A stretch of DNA of 64,000 bases. Source: Candidatus Sulfopaludibacter sp. SbA3 (lineage in GTDB: Bacteria; Acidobacteriota; Terriglobia; 20CM-2-55-15). The notes below the pieces were generated by a model. That model made no database searches, was not told the origin of the DNA, and saw only the letters and a list, made by a program, of their open reading frames with translations. Positions 8,173 through 16,635 of this stretch are shown in pieces. The stretch covers positions 3,008 to 67,007 of the forward strand of contig CAMBFR010000007.1 in assembly GCA_945865815.1 (NCBI GenBank), given 5' to 3'. The translations under genes were made by a program, and so were the position numbers. How positions within the stretch are numbered: the stretch's first letter is position 1; each line of letters starts with the position of its first letter.

Positions 8173-9090
8173 TCACTTGCCCTGCTTGATGACGTTCATG
8201 GCAAGCGTCAGCATTGAGCCGACATCGCTGACAGTGGCGGGCAGAACCATCGTATTGCTCTCTTTGGCGAGCTTGCCGAATTCGGTGATGTACTGTTCGG
8301 CAACCCGGAGCTGAACGGCTTCGAAACCGCCCGGCGCCTGGATGGACTCGGCGATTTTTCGAATTCCCTCCGCGGTCGCACTGGCAACCGTCAGAATTGC
8401 CGCCGCCTGTCCTTCGGCTTCATTGATCTGTTGCTGCTTGTTTGCCTCCGACGCCTTGATCACCTGCTGCTTGTCGCCTTCGGCCGTGTTCACCGCAGCG
8501 TCGCGAACGCCTTCGGAAGTGAGGATGACGGCGCGTTTCTCACGTTCGGCGCGCATCTGCTTCTCCATTGCGGCGAGCACGTCTTTGGGCGGAGTGATGT
8601 TCTTGATTTCGTAACGCAGGACTTTGACGCCCCAGGGTTCCGATGCCTTATCCAGTTCGCTGACCACGTTGGTATTGATATTGGTCCGCTCCTCGAACGT
8701 GCGATCGAGTTCGATTTTCCCGATCTCGCTTCGCAGGTTGGTTTGTGCGAGCTGGCTGATGGCAAACAGGTGGTTCGTAATGCCATAGGAAGTACGTTCC
8801 GGATTCAACACCTTGAGATACAGCACGCCGTCGACTCCCACCTGAACGTTGTCACGGGTGATACACACCTGCTCCGGGATATCGATGGCTTCCTCCTTTA
8901 GAGAGTGCCTGTAGCGAATCACATCGAGGAACGGTATCAGGATGTGAAATCCGGCGTTGAGCGTCCCACTGTACTTGCCAAGCCTCTCCACGACATATGC
9001 GTTCTGCTGCGGCACGACCACCGCGGTTTTGCCCAGAACGATAATGACAAGAACGGCCAGAAAAAACGCAACAATCAGGCCACCGGTCAT
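8173..9090 (-). CDS. SPFH/Band 7 (stomatin/QmcA-like) protein
   Basis: An N-terminal TM helix is followed by VVVPQQNAYVVERLGKYSGTLNAGFHILIPFLD and an A/E/Q-rich coiled tail. Start chosen at ATG 9090, which is preceded by GGAGG. The ORF-track start at 9159 would overlap nfeD. Confidence 0.85.
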   Translation of the reverse strand: MTGGLIVAFFLAVLVIIVLGKTAVVVPQQNAYVVERLGKYSGTLNAGFHILIPFLDVIRYRHSLKEEAIDIPEQVCITRDNVQVGVDGVLYLKVLNPERTSYGITNHLFAISQLAQTNLRSEIGKIELDRTFEERTNINTNVVSELDKASEPWGVKVLRYEIKNITPPKDVLAAMEKQMRAEREKRAVILTSEGVRDAAVNTAEGDKQQVIKASEANKQQQINEAEGQAAAILTVASATAEGIRKIAESIQAPGGFEAVQLRVAEQYITEFGKLAKESNTMVLPATVSDVGSMLTLAMNVIKQGK

Positions 9091-9110
9091 ACTCAAAACC
9101 TCCTGTCGGA

Positions 9111-9551
9111 CTAGCTTCGGACCCAGAGCGATAAGCCGTCGACCCGCTGCACCGTGCATCGTTGCCCGCGCGTGACCTTCTGTTCACCGCCGTTTCGCGC
9201 ATTCCAGGCGGCGCCGCGCAGTTCGACTTTGCCGAAACCGTTGACGTCGATGTCGTCCATGGCGATTGCCGTTTCACCTATCATGGAATCGACTTCAATG
9301 TCCGGTGTCTTCGGGCCGAATCGGCGCAACAAAGGCTTGCGCAGGATGAGGGAAGAGCCAACGGAAAGCACGGAGAAAATCATGAGTTGGAACGCCGTGT
9401 CCTCGACGAGACCCGGCCATGCAAGCAGGCCCACGCCAAGCGCTCCGACGCCAAAGAACAGGAAGTAGAATCCACCGGGAGTCGTCAGCTCAAGCAGAGC
9501 AAGCCCAAATCCCAGAACGATCCACGCCCACCAACTGATTGTCCAATCCAT
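9111..9551 (-). CDS. NfeD family membrane protein (partner of SPFH proteins)
   Basis: Three N-terminal hydrophobic helices are followed by a C-terminal OB-like GKVELRGAAWNARN...VDGLSLWV. It lies directly upstream of the SPFH gene. Confidence 0.8.
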   Translation of the reverse strand: MDWTISWWAWIVLGFGLALLELTTPGGFYFLFFGVGALGVGLLAWPGLVEDTAFQLMIFSVLSVGSSLILRKPLLRRFGPKTPDIEVDSMIGETAIAMDDIDVNGFGKVELRGAAWNARNGGEQKVTRGQRCTVQRVDGLSLWVRS

Positions 9552-9561
9552 TCGCTTTCAA

Positions 9562-10851
9562 TCAAGCATGCGCGTGGCTTTTCGTCCCCACCATGCATCG
9601 CTTCTCGGTAACGTGATATTCAAACTCTTCACGATATTTGTTGATCATTGCCTCGACGGGCATCGCACAAGCGTCGCTCAGCACGCAGATCGTAACGCCC
9701 TTCATGTTCGAGCACATGTCCAGGATCATCCGGATATCCGACATTTTGCCCTGGCCGTGCTCGATCCGATGAAGCACCTGCTCCATCCACCACGTGCCTT
9801 CGCGGCACTGAGTGCACTGGCCGCACGTCTCCTCCGCATAAAACCGGGCAGTGCGGAGCGCAAGTCGCACCATACACGCGGTCTCGTCTATAACCATGAT
9901 GCCGGCCGATCCCAGTAGAGTGCCTTTTGCGGCGAGAGAATCAAAATCCATCCTCACATCAATTTCTTCCGGACGCAGAATCGGCACTGACGAGCCGCCG
10001 GGAATCACGCCTTTAAGCTTGTTGCCATTGCGGACTCCGCCGCAGATGTCGTTTATGAGTTCCGGCAGCGGGATTCCGAGTTCCCGCTCGACGACGGCCG
10101 GCTTGTTGACGTGTCCGCTCACGCAATAGAGTTTCGGCCCGGTGTTTTTCGGACCTGATCCGAGGCTCTTGTACCACTCCACGCCGCGAGTGAAGATGTG
10201 TGGCAGGTTTGCGAGCGTCTCCACGTTGTTCACGACAGTCGGGCATCCATAAAGCCCCTGGACGGCAGGAAACGGCGGCTTCTGCCGCGGGTGGCCGCGC
10301 TTCCCTTCCAGTGACTCGATCAGGCCGGTTTCCTCGCCGCAGATGTAGGCGCCTGCGCCGGAATGCAGAACAATCTCGAGATCGAAGCCGGACCCGAAAA
10401 TCTTCCGGCCAACATAGCTTCGCGCGCGCGCTTCATCGAGCGCCTTCTCGAGCATTCTGTATCCGAGGGAAAACTCGCCGCGCAGGTAAATGAATGCCTG
10501 ATGGCAGTCGACCGCATATGACGCGATGATGATTCCCTCGATAAGCTGATGCGGATCGCGCTCTATGATGACGCGGTCCTTGCACGTACCCGGCTCGCTC
10601 TCATCCGCGTTGCAGCACAGATAGATCGGCTTGCCCGTATCCTTGGGCACAAAGCTCCACTTCATTCCGGTAGGAAAGCCCGCGCCGCCCCGCCCCCTGA
10701 GACCCGTCTGTTTGGTCGTTTCGATGACCTCGGCCGGAGTGAGTTCCTTTATGACCTTGCGCGAGGCTGCGTATCCGCCCAGTTCGATATATCTATCGAT
10801 GTCGGCTGCGCGCGGATCATGAATATTTTTGAGGAGGACAAGTTCGTACAT
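9562..10851 (-). CDS. nuoF: NADH-quinone oxidoreductase subunit F (51-kDa FMN/NADH-binding subunit)
   Basis: It has GLRGRGGAGFPTGMKWSF and the C-terminal 4Fe-4S motif CGQCTQCREG...C. No nuoE or nuoG gene is adjacent. Confidence 0.9.
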   Translation of the reverse strand: MYELVLLKNIHDPRAADIDRYIELGGYAASRKVIKELTPAEVIETTKQTGLRGRGGAGFPTGMKWSFVPKDTGKPIYLCCNADESEPGTCKDRVIIERDPHQLIEGIIIASYAVDCHQAFIYLRGEFSLGYRMLEKALDEARARSYVGRKIFGSGFDLEIVLHSGAGAYICGEETGLIESLEGKRGHPRQKPPFPAVQGLYGCPTVVNNVETLANLPHIFTRGVEWYKSLGSGPKNTGPKLYCVSGHVNKPAVVERELGIPLPELINDICGGVRNGNKLKGVIPGGSSVPILRPEEIDVRMDFDSLAAKGTLLGSAGIMVIDETACMVRLALRTARFYAEETCGQCTQCREGTWWMEQVLHRIEHGQGKMSDIRMILDMCSNMKGVTICVLSDACAMPVEAMINKYREEFEYHVTEKRCMVGTKSHAHA

Positions 10852-10875
10852 AGGGAAGTGATTCTAACCTCATGA

Positions 10876-11070
10876 GTGGCTGCGAATGCAAGGACGTGTT
10901 GCCCGAAGCGTTTAACCCTCATCCGGCCCTTCGGGCCACCTATATTGATGGCTGCGCCCTATCGGGCTTGCATTCGCAGCCGCTCATGCTCCCGGAGGGA
11001 GAAGGACACATCCACAAGCTTGTCCCTCTCCCTCCGGGAGAGGGTGCCGCGAAGCGGCGGGTGAGGGCCT
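10876..11070. repeat. Cluster of nested inverted repeats / REP-like hairpins in an intergenic region
   Basis: There is a perfect 15-bp inverted repeat at 10878..10892 / 10967..10981. Imperfect 25-nt inverted units lie at 10916..10940 / 11043..11067. A CCCTCTCC/GGAGAGGG hairpin lies at 11024..11044. Confidence 0.6.
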
Positions 11071-11074
11071 TCAA

Positions 11075-13138
11075 CTAATTCCTAGGCGCGGGTGAAACGC
11101 CGGCGTCGGCGGAAGAAACCTGATCAAGAACGACACGGAAGGACGGAAGCAGTTCCAGGCGGAGCCGTTCGAGTTCGTGGATCCTTTTCTTATGATCCGG
11201 CCGATGCAGCAGGTCCCTGGGAGAAAGCACCTTGTAGGCGTGTTGCCGGCTGGATTGCCTGACGACCTGGAATTCGCCGCGGGAAAGATCGAGATGTATC
11301 CAGTCGCCCGTGCGAATGGACGCCAGACCGCCCCCGTCGAAAGCCTCAGGCACCACGTGGGCGACGGAAATTCCATCGTGCTGGTGCGAAACACGGCCGT
11401 CCGTAACCAGCACGCAAGTCCCGCTCAAACCGTTTGCGGGCGATGAGCCAAGCTGGATCTCGGGCATTCCGGAGGCATGTGGTCCGGCGCCTGCTACTAC
11501 AATCACCGCGCGGAGCAACTTTTCATGGACGAGGTAATTCCAGAGCTTGGGCTTGTTCCAGTGCGCCATTTCCTCGCCGAGGCCTGCTTTTCCCAAACGC
11601 CAGTTGAGCACGAAGGTGTCGTAAAGGTCCTTCTGCGAAACCCGCCGCTTGAGCCGATCGAGGACGCCTTCCAGCGTCATCAGGTCCGACTGCAGGTCCC
11701 TGGTCCCAAGATAGTAAACGGCGAGGTAAATCTTCTTGTCGAAGCTGTCCAGCCCGCTGCGGTTGTGCGCGCCGAGGCGCATGACTCCGCTGTCGCAGAA
11801 GTTCCCCCTCATTCCACTCATGCCGCAGGTGCGCGAGTAGGGCGTCATGGTGGAATAAACGAAGGAACCATTCGCCGAGCGCGCGTCCATGATACGTTGC
11901 ATCCAGGGACCGTCGAGCGTAGGCGCGCGATCCTCGATGAGCCGCTTTTCGGCCAGCGTCCGCATTATCGTATCGATGCCGGAATTGCCGCCGTTCTCGG
12001 TCTCCACGGCCATTGCATAAGCCGAGTTTCCGGTTGCGTCATTGATTGCGAGTATCTGCGGAACCGTTCCCGTCTTTCTTGTGACATCGGCCGTCGACAA
12101 CTTCTTGCTGATCGCGTCGGCCAGGTAGGTGAGATGCAGAAGCCATGACGCGTGTCCGCCGGTCGCACTCCAGACCGAAGCGGCATTGAGCAGGTTATGC
12201 CGCACGAGGCTGGCAACGCTCACGCGGCGCTCGCGCTTTTGAATTGCCTGTATCAACCGGTGTACGACTTCCGAAATCTGCTCTTCCGACGGCGGCTTCA
12301 GGCAGATGTCGAAGTGCCGCGGAACGATTCCGAAAGATGCCAGCATCATCCGATTGACCATGGATGATTCCGACGCCGCGCAGTTTGCGCCCGGCGTCGA
12401 TGCACACTTCGCAATCATGCGTTCGAGGTCATCCTTCTCGCCTTCCTGGATAAGACGCCGGTGAAAACAGCGGTCCAGCAGCCCTTTGATTTGCGCATAC
12501 ACGTGCGGCTTCAGCGGCAACTGGAACAGGGCGTCAAGCTCACGGCGATCCTCATTGGCCAGGCGGTGCCGCAGCGGCTCGAATTTCCGCTTCTCTTCGT
12601 CGGTGACGAAAACCTCGCGGCCAATTACGGAAGGAATGAATGCGCCGAACATCGGCCGGGCCTTCCGCCTCTGGTGCGCAAGGTCCGATTCGACGAGGGC
12701 GCGCAGGCCGCCGACCATCATCTTGTCGCAGACACCAAGGATGAACGCGCCGTCATAACTGTGAGCTTCGATGTGTGCCGCCAGACTTGCGGTGCACAAA
12801 TTTCGCGAGAGAAGCGCGTAATGTACGCCGTCCGTCCCATGGGATAGCTCTTCACAAGGCAGCGACTGCGACACTTCGAACGGCAGCGCGCCATTTGCCC
12901 AGATACCTCGAATGAACCGGCGAACTGTTTCCCGCGATCCGAAGTTTGACGGATGGTCTTCGCCGCCATGAACCACTGCCAGGCGAGGCGATGCATTCAT
13001 GAATCGATCGAGTATCTGCTCGCGCACCGGCTGGACGCCCGCACTGCGAAGCACCTCTTCAATGACAGGAATAATGACGGTGACGGGCTCGGCTCGGCTG
13101 ATCAAAGGATCCCGGAACTTGCTCGAATGCATTTTCAT
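11075..13138 (-). CDS. IlvD/Edd family dehydratase (divergent)
   Basis: It has GVCDKMMVGG (CDK Fe-S ligand region), VTDGRVS and HVVPEAFDGGGLASIRTGDWIHLD, resembling the IlvD C-terminus. Start set at ATG 13138, because the upstream 133 codons overlap the divergent permease gene. Confidence 0.6.
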   Translation of the reverse strand: MKMHSSKFRDPLISRAEPVTVIIPVIEEVLRSAGVQPVREQILDRFMNASPRLAVVHGGEDHPSNFGSRETVRRFIRGIWANGALPFEVSQSLPCEELSHGTDGVHYALLSRNLCTASLAAHIEAHSYDGAFILGVCDKMMVGGLRALVESDLAHQRRKARPMFGAFIPSVIGREVFVTDEEKRKFEPLRHRLANEDRRELDALFQLPLKPHVYAQIKGLLDRCFHRRLIQEGEKDDLERMIAKCASTPGANCAASESSMVNRMMLASFGIVPRHFDICLKPPSEEQISEVVHRLIQAIQKRERRVSVASLVRHNLLNAASVWSATGGHASWLLHLTYLADAISKKLSTADVTRKTGTVPQILAINDATGNSAYAMAVETENGGNSGIDTIMRTLAEKRLIEDRAPTLDGPWMQRIMDARSANGSFVYSTMTPYSRTCGMSGMRGNFCDSGVMRLGAHNRSGLDSFDKKIYLAVYYLGTRDLQSDLMTLEGVLDRLKRRVSQKDLYDTFVLNWRLGKAGLGEEMAHWNKPKLWNYLVHEKLLRAVIVVAGAGPHASGMPEIQLGSSPANGLSGTCVLVTDGRVSHQHDGISVAHVVPEAFDGGGLASIRTGDWIHLDLSRGEFQVVRQSSRQHAYKVLSPRDLLHRPDHKKRIHELERLRLELLPSFRVVLDQVSSADAGVSPAPRN

Positions 13139-13338
13139 GGCAGGTATTTCACCACTGGCATGGCGAATGGGATCGCGGAGATCTCGCTGTCGGAAGGACT
13201 TGAATTGTGGCCATAAAAAGGTGGGCGCAATATACAATAACTGCCCCGGTGGTTCAACCGAAAGGTCGGCAATCCGCTCAGCGACTGCGTTTGCAACGTT
13301 CGGTGACCGGACAGAAATGAGTTCAGGGAGGGTACGCA

Positions 13339-14811
13339 GTGTCCCAACTGCAGGCCGAGGCCAAGCCACGAGACTCCACCAACAAAGCACTCGCGCTGTT
13401 TTTCCGCATTCTGGCCGGACCATTGGCGTTCTTCCTGGTCCAGGCCATTCCGCTGGCAGATCTGAAAACGGAAGCTCATTTCGGCCTGAGTTGTTACGCG
13501 TGGATTCTGGCCTGGTGGGTGACAATGCCGATTCCATGGGCGGTCACAGGATTCCTGCCGCTCGTGCTCTTCCCGATTTTCGGGGTCATGCCGTTTGCGC
13601 AGGTCATTCCCCTCTATGGCCAGCGAGTGTTCCCGTTCCTGCTGGGAATCATGCTGTTCGGACATGCTTTCTATAAACACGGCCTTGCGCGAAGAATGGC
13701 GATGACTGTGCTGAGCATTCCCGGCGTCGCAACATCGGGCAACGGACTGATACTGATGATCACCGTTGTCTCGGCTGTTATTTCAGCGTTTGTCGACGAC
13801 GCTGCGGCAGTGGCGATCATGATTCCGATCGCTCTGTCGATCGCCAAATTCGCGAGCGAGGCTTACGCCGGCGGCAAGACGCCGCGCCTGCTGGAAGCAT
13901 CGTGTCTGGCAACGCTGTATGGCGCTTCCGCGGGAGGAATGGCGACACCGGCAGGTGTGCCGTTCAATCCTCTAACGATTTCTCTCCTCGACCAGCTCAC
14001 GGGTTACAAGGTGAGCTTCGCGCAATGGACGCTCACCGGAGCGATCCTCGCAGCGGCTACAGTGCCGGTCTATTATCTCGCCCTGAGGTTCATGTCGCCG
14101 CCCGAAGTAAAGTCGATCGACGGCGGCGCGGCCTACTTCAGCCGGGAAAGGAAGAACCTGGGCCCATGGAACCAGGGTGAGAAAAACGTCCTGTTCATCC
14201 TGGTCGTCATGATCGTTCTGTGGTTCTCGCCGGCAGTCATCACCATACCCGGCATCGATATCTGGTACGTTCCACCCGTGGCCATGGTGCTGCTGTTCGT
14301 GTTGCCCGTAAATGCTCGAACCGGAGAAATGACGCTCGACTCGAAGGACTTCCAGAATGGCGTTCTCTGGAACGTCCTGTTCCTGGTCGTGAGCGGAACA
14401 GCTATGGCGGGAGCGCTGGCCGCACTGGGCATCACAGACTGGCTGTCGGCAATCGTGGCCGGTGGCGTATCTGTTTCAGTGCTTCCCTGGTTCGCGGCGG
14501 CCATCACTCCGATCTTGAGCCATCTCACCAGCGGAACCGCCACTACTTCGATGGTCTCAACGATTCTGTTCCCTCTCGCAGACAATCTGGGCTATAACCC
14601 GGCAATCCTGGCCCGGATCATCGCCGGCACCGCGCTGGCTGTTTCCTTTCCCTGGGCAGGGGCGGCCGCGGCGACGACGTTCGCGTCCGGCGCCGTCGGC
14701 TTTGGAACGATGTTCCGAATCGGCATCGTGGTCACAATCTTCAACGCACTCATAGTGAGCGCCCTGAGCATCGCACTGGTGCCGGCGCTGGGCGCCTTTA
14801 CTGCTCCTTAG
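13339..14811 (+). CDS. SLC13/DASS family anion:sodium symporter-like permease
   Basis: The protein is polytopic. It has duplicated hairpin-like motifs VDDAAAVAIMIPIA and SGTATTSMVSTILFP. The GTG start follows a GGGAGGG Shine-Dalgarno sequence. Confidence 0.65.
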   Translation: MSQLQAEAKPRDSTNKALALFFRILAGPLAFFLVQAIPLADLKTEAHFGLSCYAWILAWWVTMPIPWAVTGFLPLVLFPIFGVMPFAQVIPLYGQRVFPFLLGIMLFGHAFYKHGLARRMAMTVLSIPGVATSGNGLILMITVVSAVISAFVDDAAAVAIMIPIALSIAKFASEAYAGGKTPRLLEASCLATLYGASAGGMATPAGVPFNPLTISLLDQLTGYKVSFAQWTLTGAILAAATVPVYYLALRFMSPPEVKSIDGGAAYFSRERKNLGPWNQGEKNVLFILVVMIVLWFSPAVITIPGIDIWYVPPVAMVLLFVLPVNARTGEMTLDSKDFQNGVLWNVLFLVVSGTAMAGALAALGITDWLSAIVAGGVSVSVLPWFAAAITPILSHLTSGTATTSMVSTILFPLADNLGYNPAILARIIAGTALAVSFPWAGAAAATTFASGAVGFGTMFRIGIVVTIFNALIVSALSIALVPALGAFTAP

Positions 14812-14827
14812 GGCCATTGGAAAATAA

Positions 14828-15829
14828 ATGAGTTCAACCTCAAATCTTCGGCTGACTCTCGCGTGCTGGGATTACGACCGGACACGCCCGATTATGGAAA
14901 ATCGCGTCAGGTTCGACGGCATCGACCTGACGTATTTGAACCTCGTGATCGAGGAGATTTTTTTCCGCCAGATGCGGCACCACGAGTTTGATGTTTCCGA
15001 GCTGTCGTTTTCATCGTTTCTCGTCTCGATGTTTCAGGACGAGCCGCCGTTCATCGCCCTTCCGGTTTTTCCGTCGCGTTCGTTCCGCCAGTCCGGCATT
15101 TACATCAATACGAACGCCAGCATTCGAGAGCCCAAAGACCTCATCGGAAAACGTATCGGATGCGCGGAGTATCAGTTGACCGCCAATGTATGGATTCGCG
15201 GAATACTGAATGACGAGTACGGCGTGGCCCCTTCCAGCTACACAACGTTCATGGGAGGACAGGAGGAACCCGGCCGTGTAGAGAAGGCGGGTGTTTCACT
15301 GCCGCCGCAAATCAGGATAGAACGCATCGGTCCTACCCAAACGCTCTCTGCCATGCTGGAAGCCGGCGAAATCGACGCTCTTTTTACGCCGCGCGCGCCT
15401 TCGAGCTTCAGCCGGGGCTCCAGCACAGTTCGGCGGCTCTTCGAGGACACGTATGCGGCCGAGAGGGAATACTATGAGCGAACCAGAATTTTTCCCATCA
15501 TGCACGTCATCGCTCTTCGGCGCGATATCTACAAAAAACATCCCTGGGTTGCCCAGTCTCTCTTCAAGGGCTTCGTCGAAGCCCAGCGCATCGCCTATGA
15601 CGATCTGCATCAGACCGCCGCGCTGAAAGTCATGCTGCCGTGGTTGATCAAGCATGTCGCCGACACCGAAAAAATAATGGGGCGCGATTTCTGGGCTTAC
15701 GGTTATGAACCGAACGTCGATGCGATCGACAGATTGCTGCGCTATCACTTCGAGCAGGGCCTCTCGCGGCGGCAACTGACGGCGCGCGAAATCTTCGCGC
15801 CGGAGACACTGGAATCATTCAAGATCTGA
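14828..15829 (+). CDS. PhtD-like (4,5-dihydroxyphthalate decarboxylase family) / NMT1-THI5-type binding-fold protein
   Basis: The N-terminus LRLTLACWDYDRTRPIMENRVRFDGIDLTYLNLVIEEIFFRQMRHHEFDVSELSFSS matches my recollection of this family. No signal peptide is apparent. Confidence 0.5.
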   Translation: MSSTSNLRLTLACWDYDRTRPIMENRVRFDGIDLTYLNLVIEEIFFRQMRHHEFDVSELSFSSFLVSMFQDEPPFIALPVFPSRSFRQSGIYINTNASIREPKDLIGKRIGCAEYQLTANVWIRGILNDEYGVAPSSYTTFMGGQEEPGRVEKAGVSLPPQIRIERIGPTQTLSAMLEAGEIDALFTPRAPSSFSRGSSTVRRLFEDTYAAEREYYERTRIFPIMHVIALRRDIYKKHPWVAQSLFKGFVEAQRIAYDDLHQTAALKVMLPWLIKHVADTEKIMGRDFWAYGYEPNVDAIDRLLRYHFEQGLSRRQLTAREIFAPETLESFKI

Positions 15830-15874
15830 AAGCCAACGGATATACTCACGGTCGTAAATCGGAGGAGAGTCACC

Positions 15875-16606
15875 ATGAGCTCGCGTCCTTTCACTTTCAT
15901 CGTTCCTGCGGTTCTCGCAATCGTCGTGGCAATCGGAATCGCGCCAAGCCGCGTTGAGGGGCAGGCCCGGCCCGCTTCGGCAGGCATCCCGGACCTGACC
16001 GGTCTTTGGGATGGCGCCGGCGGCACCTCGGACATCGTTCAAACAATGAAGGTCCGCGGCCAGGAGGTACCGTTCACTCCACATGGGGCCGAACGATACA
16101 AGAACGTGGATTATTCGAAGAACCCAAATGGTCTTTGCCTGCCGCCGGGTCCGTCAAGAGCCCTTACCGGGCCGTCGCCGTTCTTTATCGTTCAGCACGG
16201 ACAGGCGCTCGGCATTCTGTTTGAGAATCACAATATCTACAGAATCATCTACCTCGACGGCCGCCCTCATCCGGAAGATATCGCCGAGTATTCGACATTC
16301 ATGGGCCATTCGATCGGCAAATGGGAGGGAGATACGCTCGTTGTGGACACGATCGGTTTGAATGATCGAACCTGGCTCGACAGCAACGGCATGGAGCACA
16401 GCGAAAAACTGCGCCTTACCGAACGGTTCCAGAAGGTCAGCCCCGATCTCATCAAGTACACCGTTACTTACGATGATCCCGTTTTCTTCACGAAACCGTG
16501 GACACTGACCATCGATATCAAGAAGGTCACAAATACGCGCCTTATTGAATATGTCTGCCTGGATAACGAAAAGGACCGGGAGAATCTGGTGCCTACGACA
16601 AGATAG
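15875..16606 (+). CDS. Secreted protein of unknown function (paralog of 28329..29078)
   Basis: It has a signal peptide and a GGAGGAG Shine-Dalgarno sequence. The conserved core GKWEGDTLVVDTIGLNDRTWLDSNGMEHSEKLRLTERF is shared with the second copy. Confidence 0.6.
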   Translation: MSSRPFTFIVPAVLAIVVAIGIAPSRVEGQARPASAGIPDLTGLWDGAGGTSDIVQTMKVRGQEVPFTPHGAERYKNVDYSKNPNGLCLPPGPSRALTGPSPFFIVQHGQALGILFENHNIYRIIYLDGRPHPEDIAEYSTFMGHSIGKWEGDTLVVDTIGLNDRTWLDSNGMEHSEKLRLTERFQKVSPDLIKYTVTYDDPVFFTKPWTLTIDIKKVTNTRLIEYVCLDNEKDRENLVPTTR

Positions 16607-16635
16607 AGCCGGTGGTTCACAGGGGGGGAAATCTC

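Noticed and set aside
10872-11078. 68-aa ORF in the nuoF upstream region
   Set aside because: The sequence is made of nested palindromes. The peptide (…PLPPGEGAAKRRVRA) is characteristic of translated REP-type repeats.
13139-13537. Upstream 133 codons of ORF 11075..13537
   Set aside because: They would overlap the divergent permease gene and its Shine-Dalgarno sequence and show no homology-like features. The IlvD-like alignment begins after ATG 13138.
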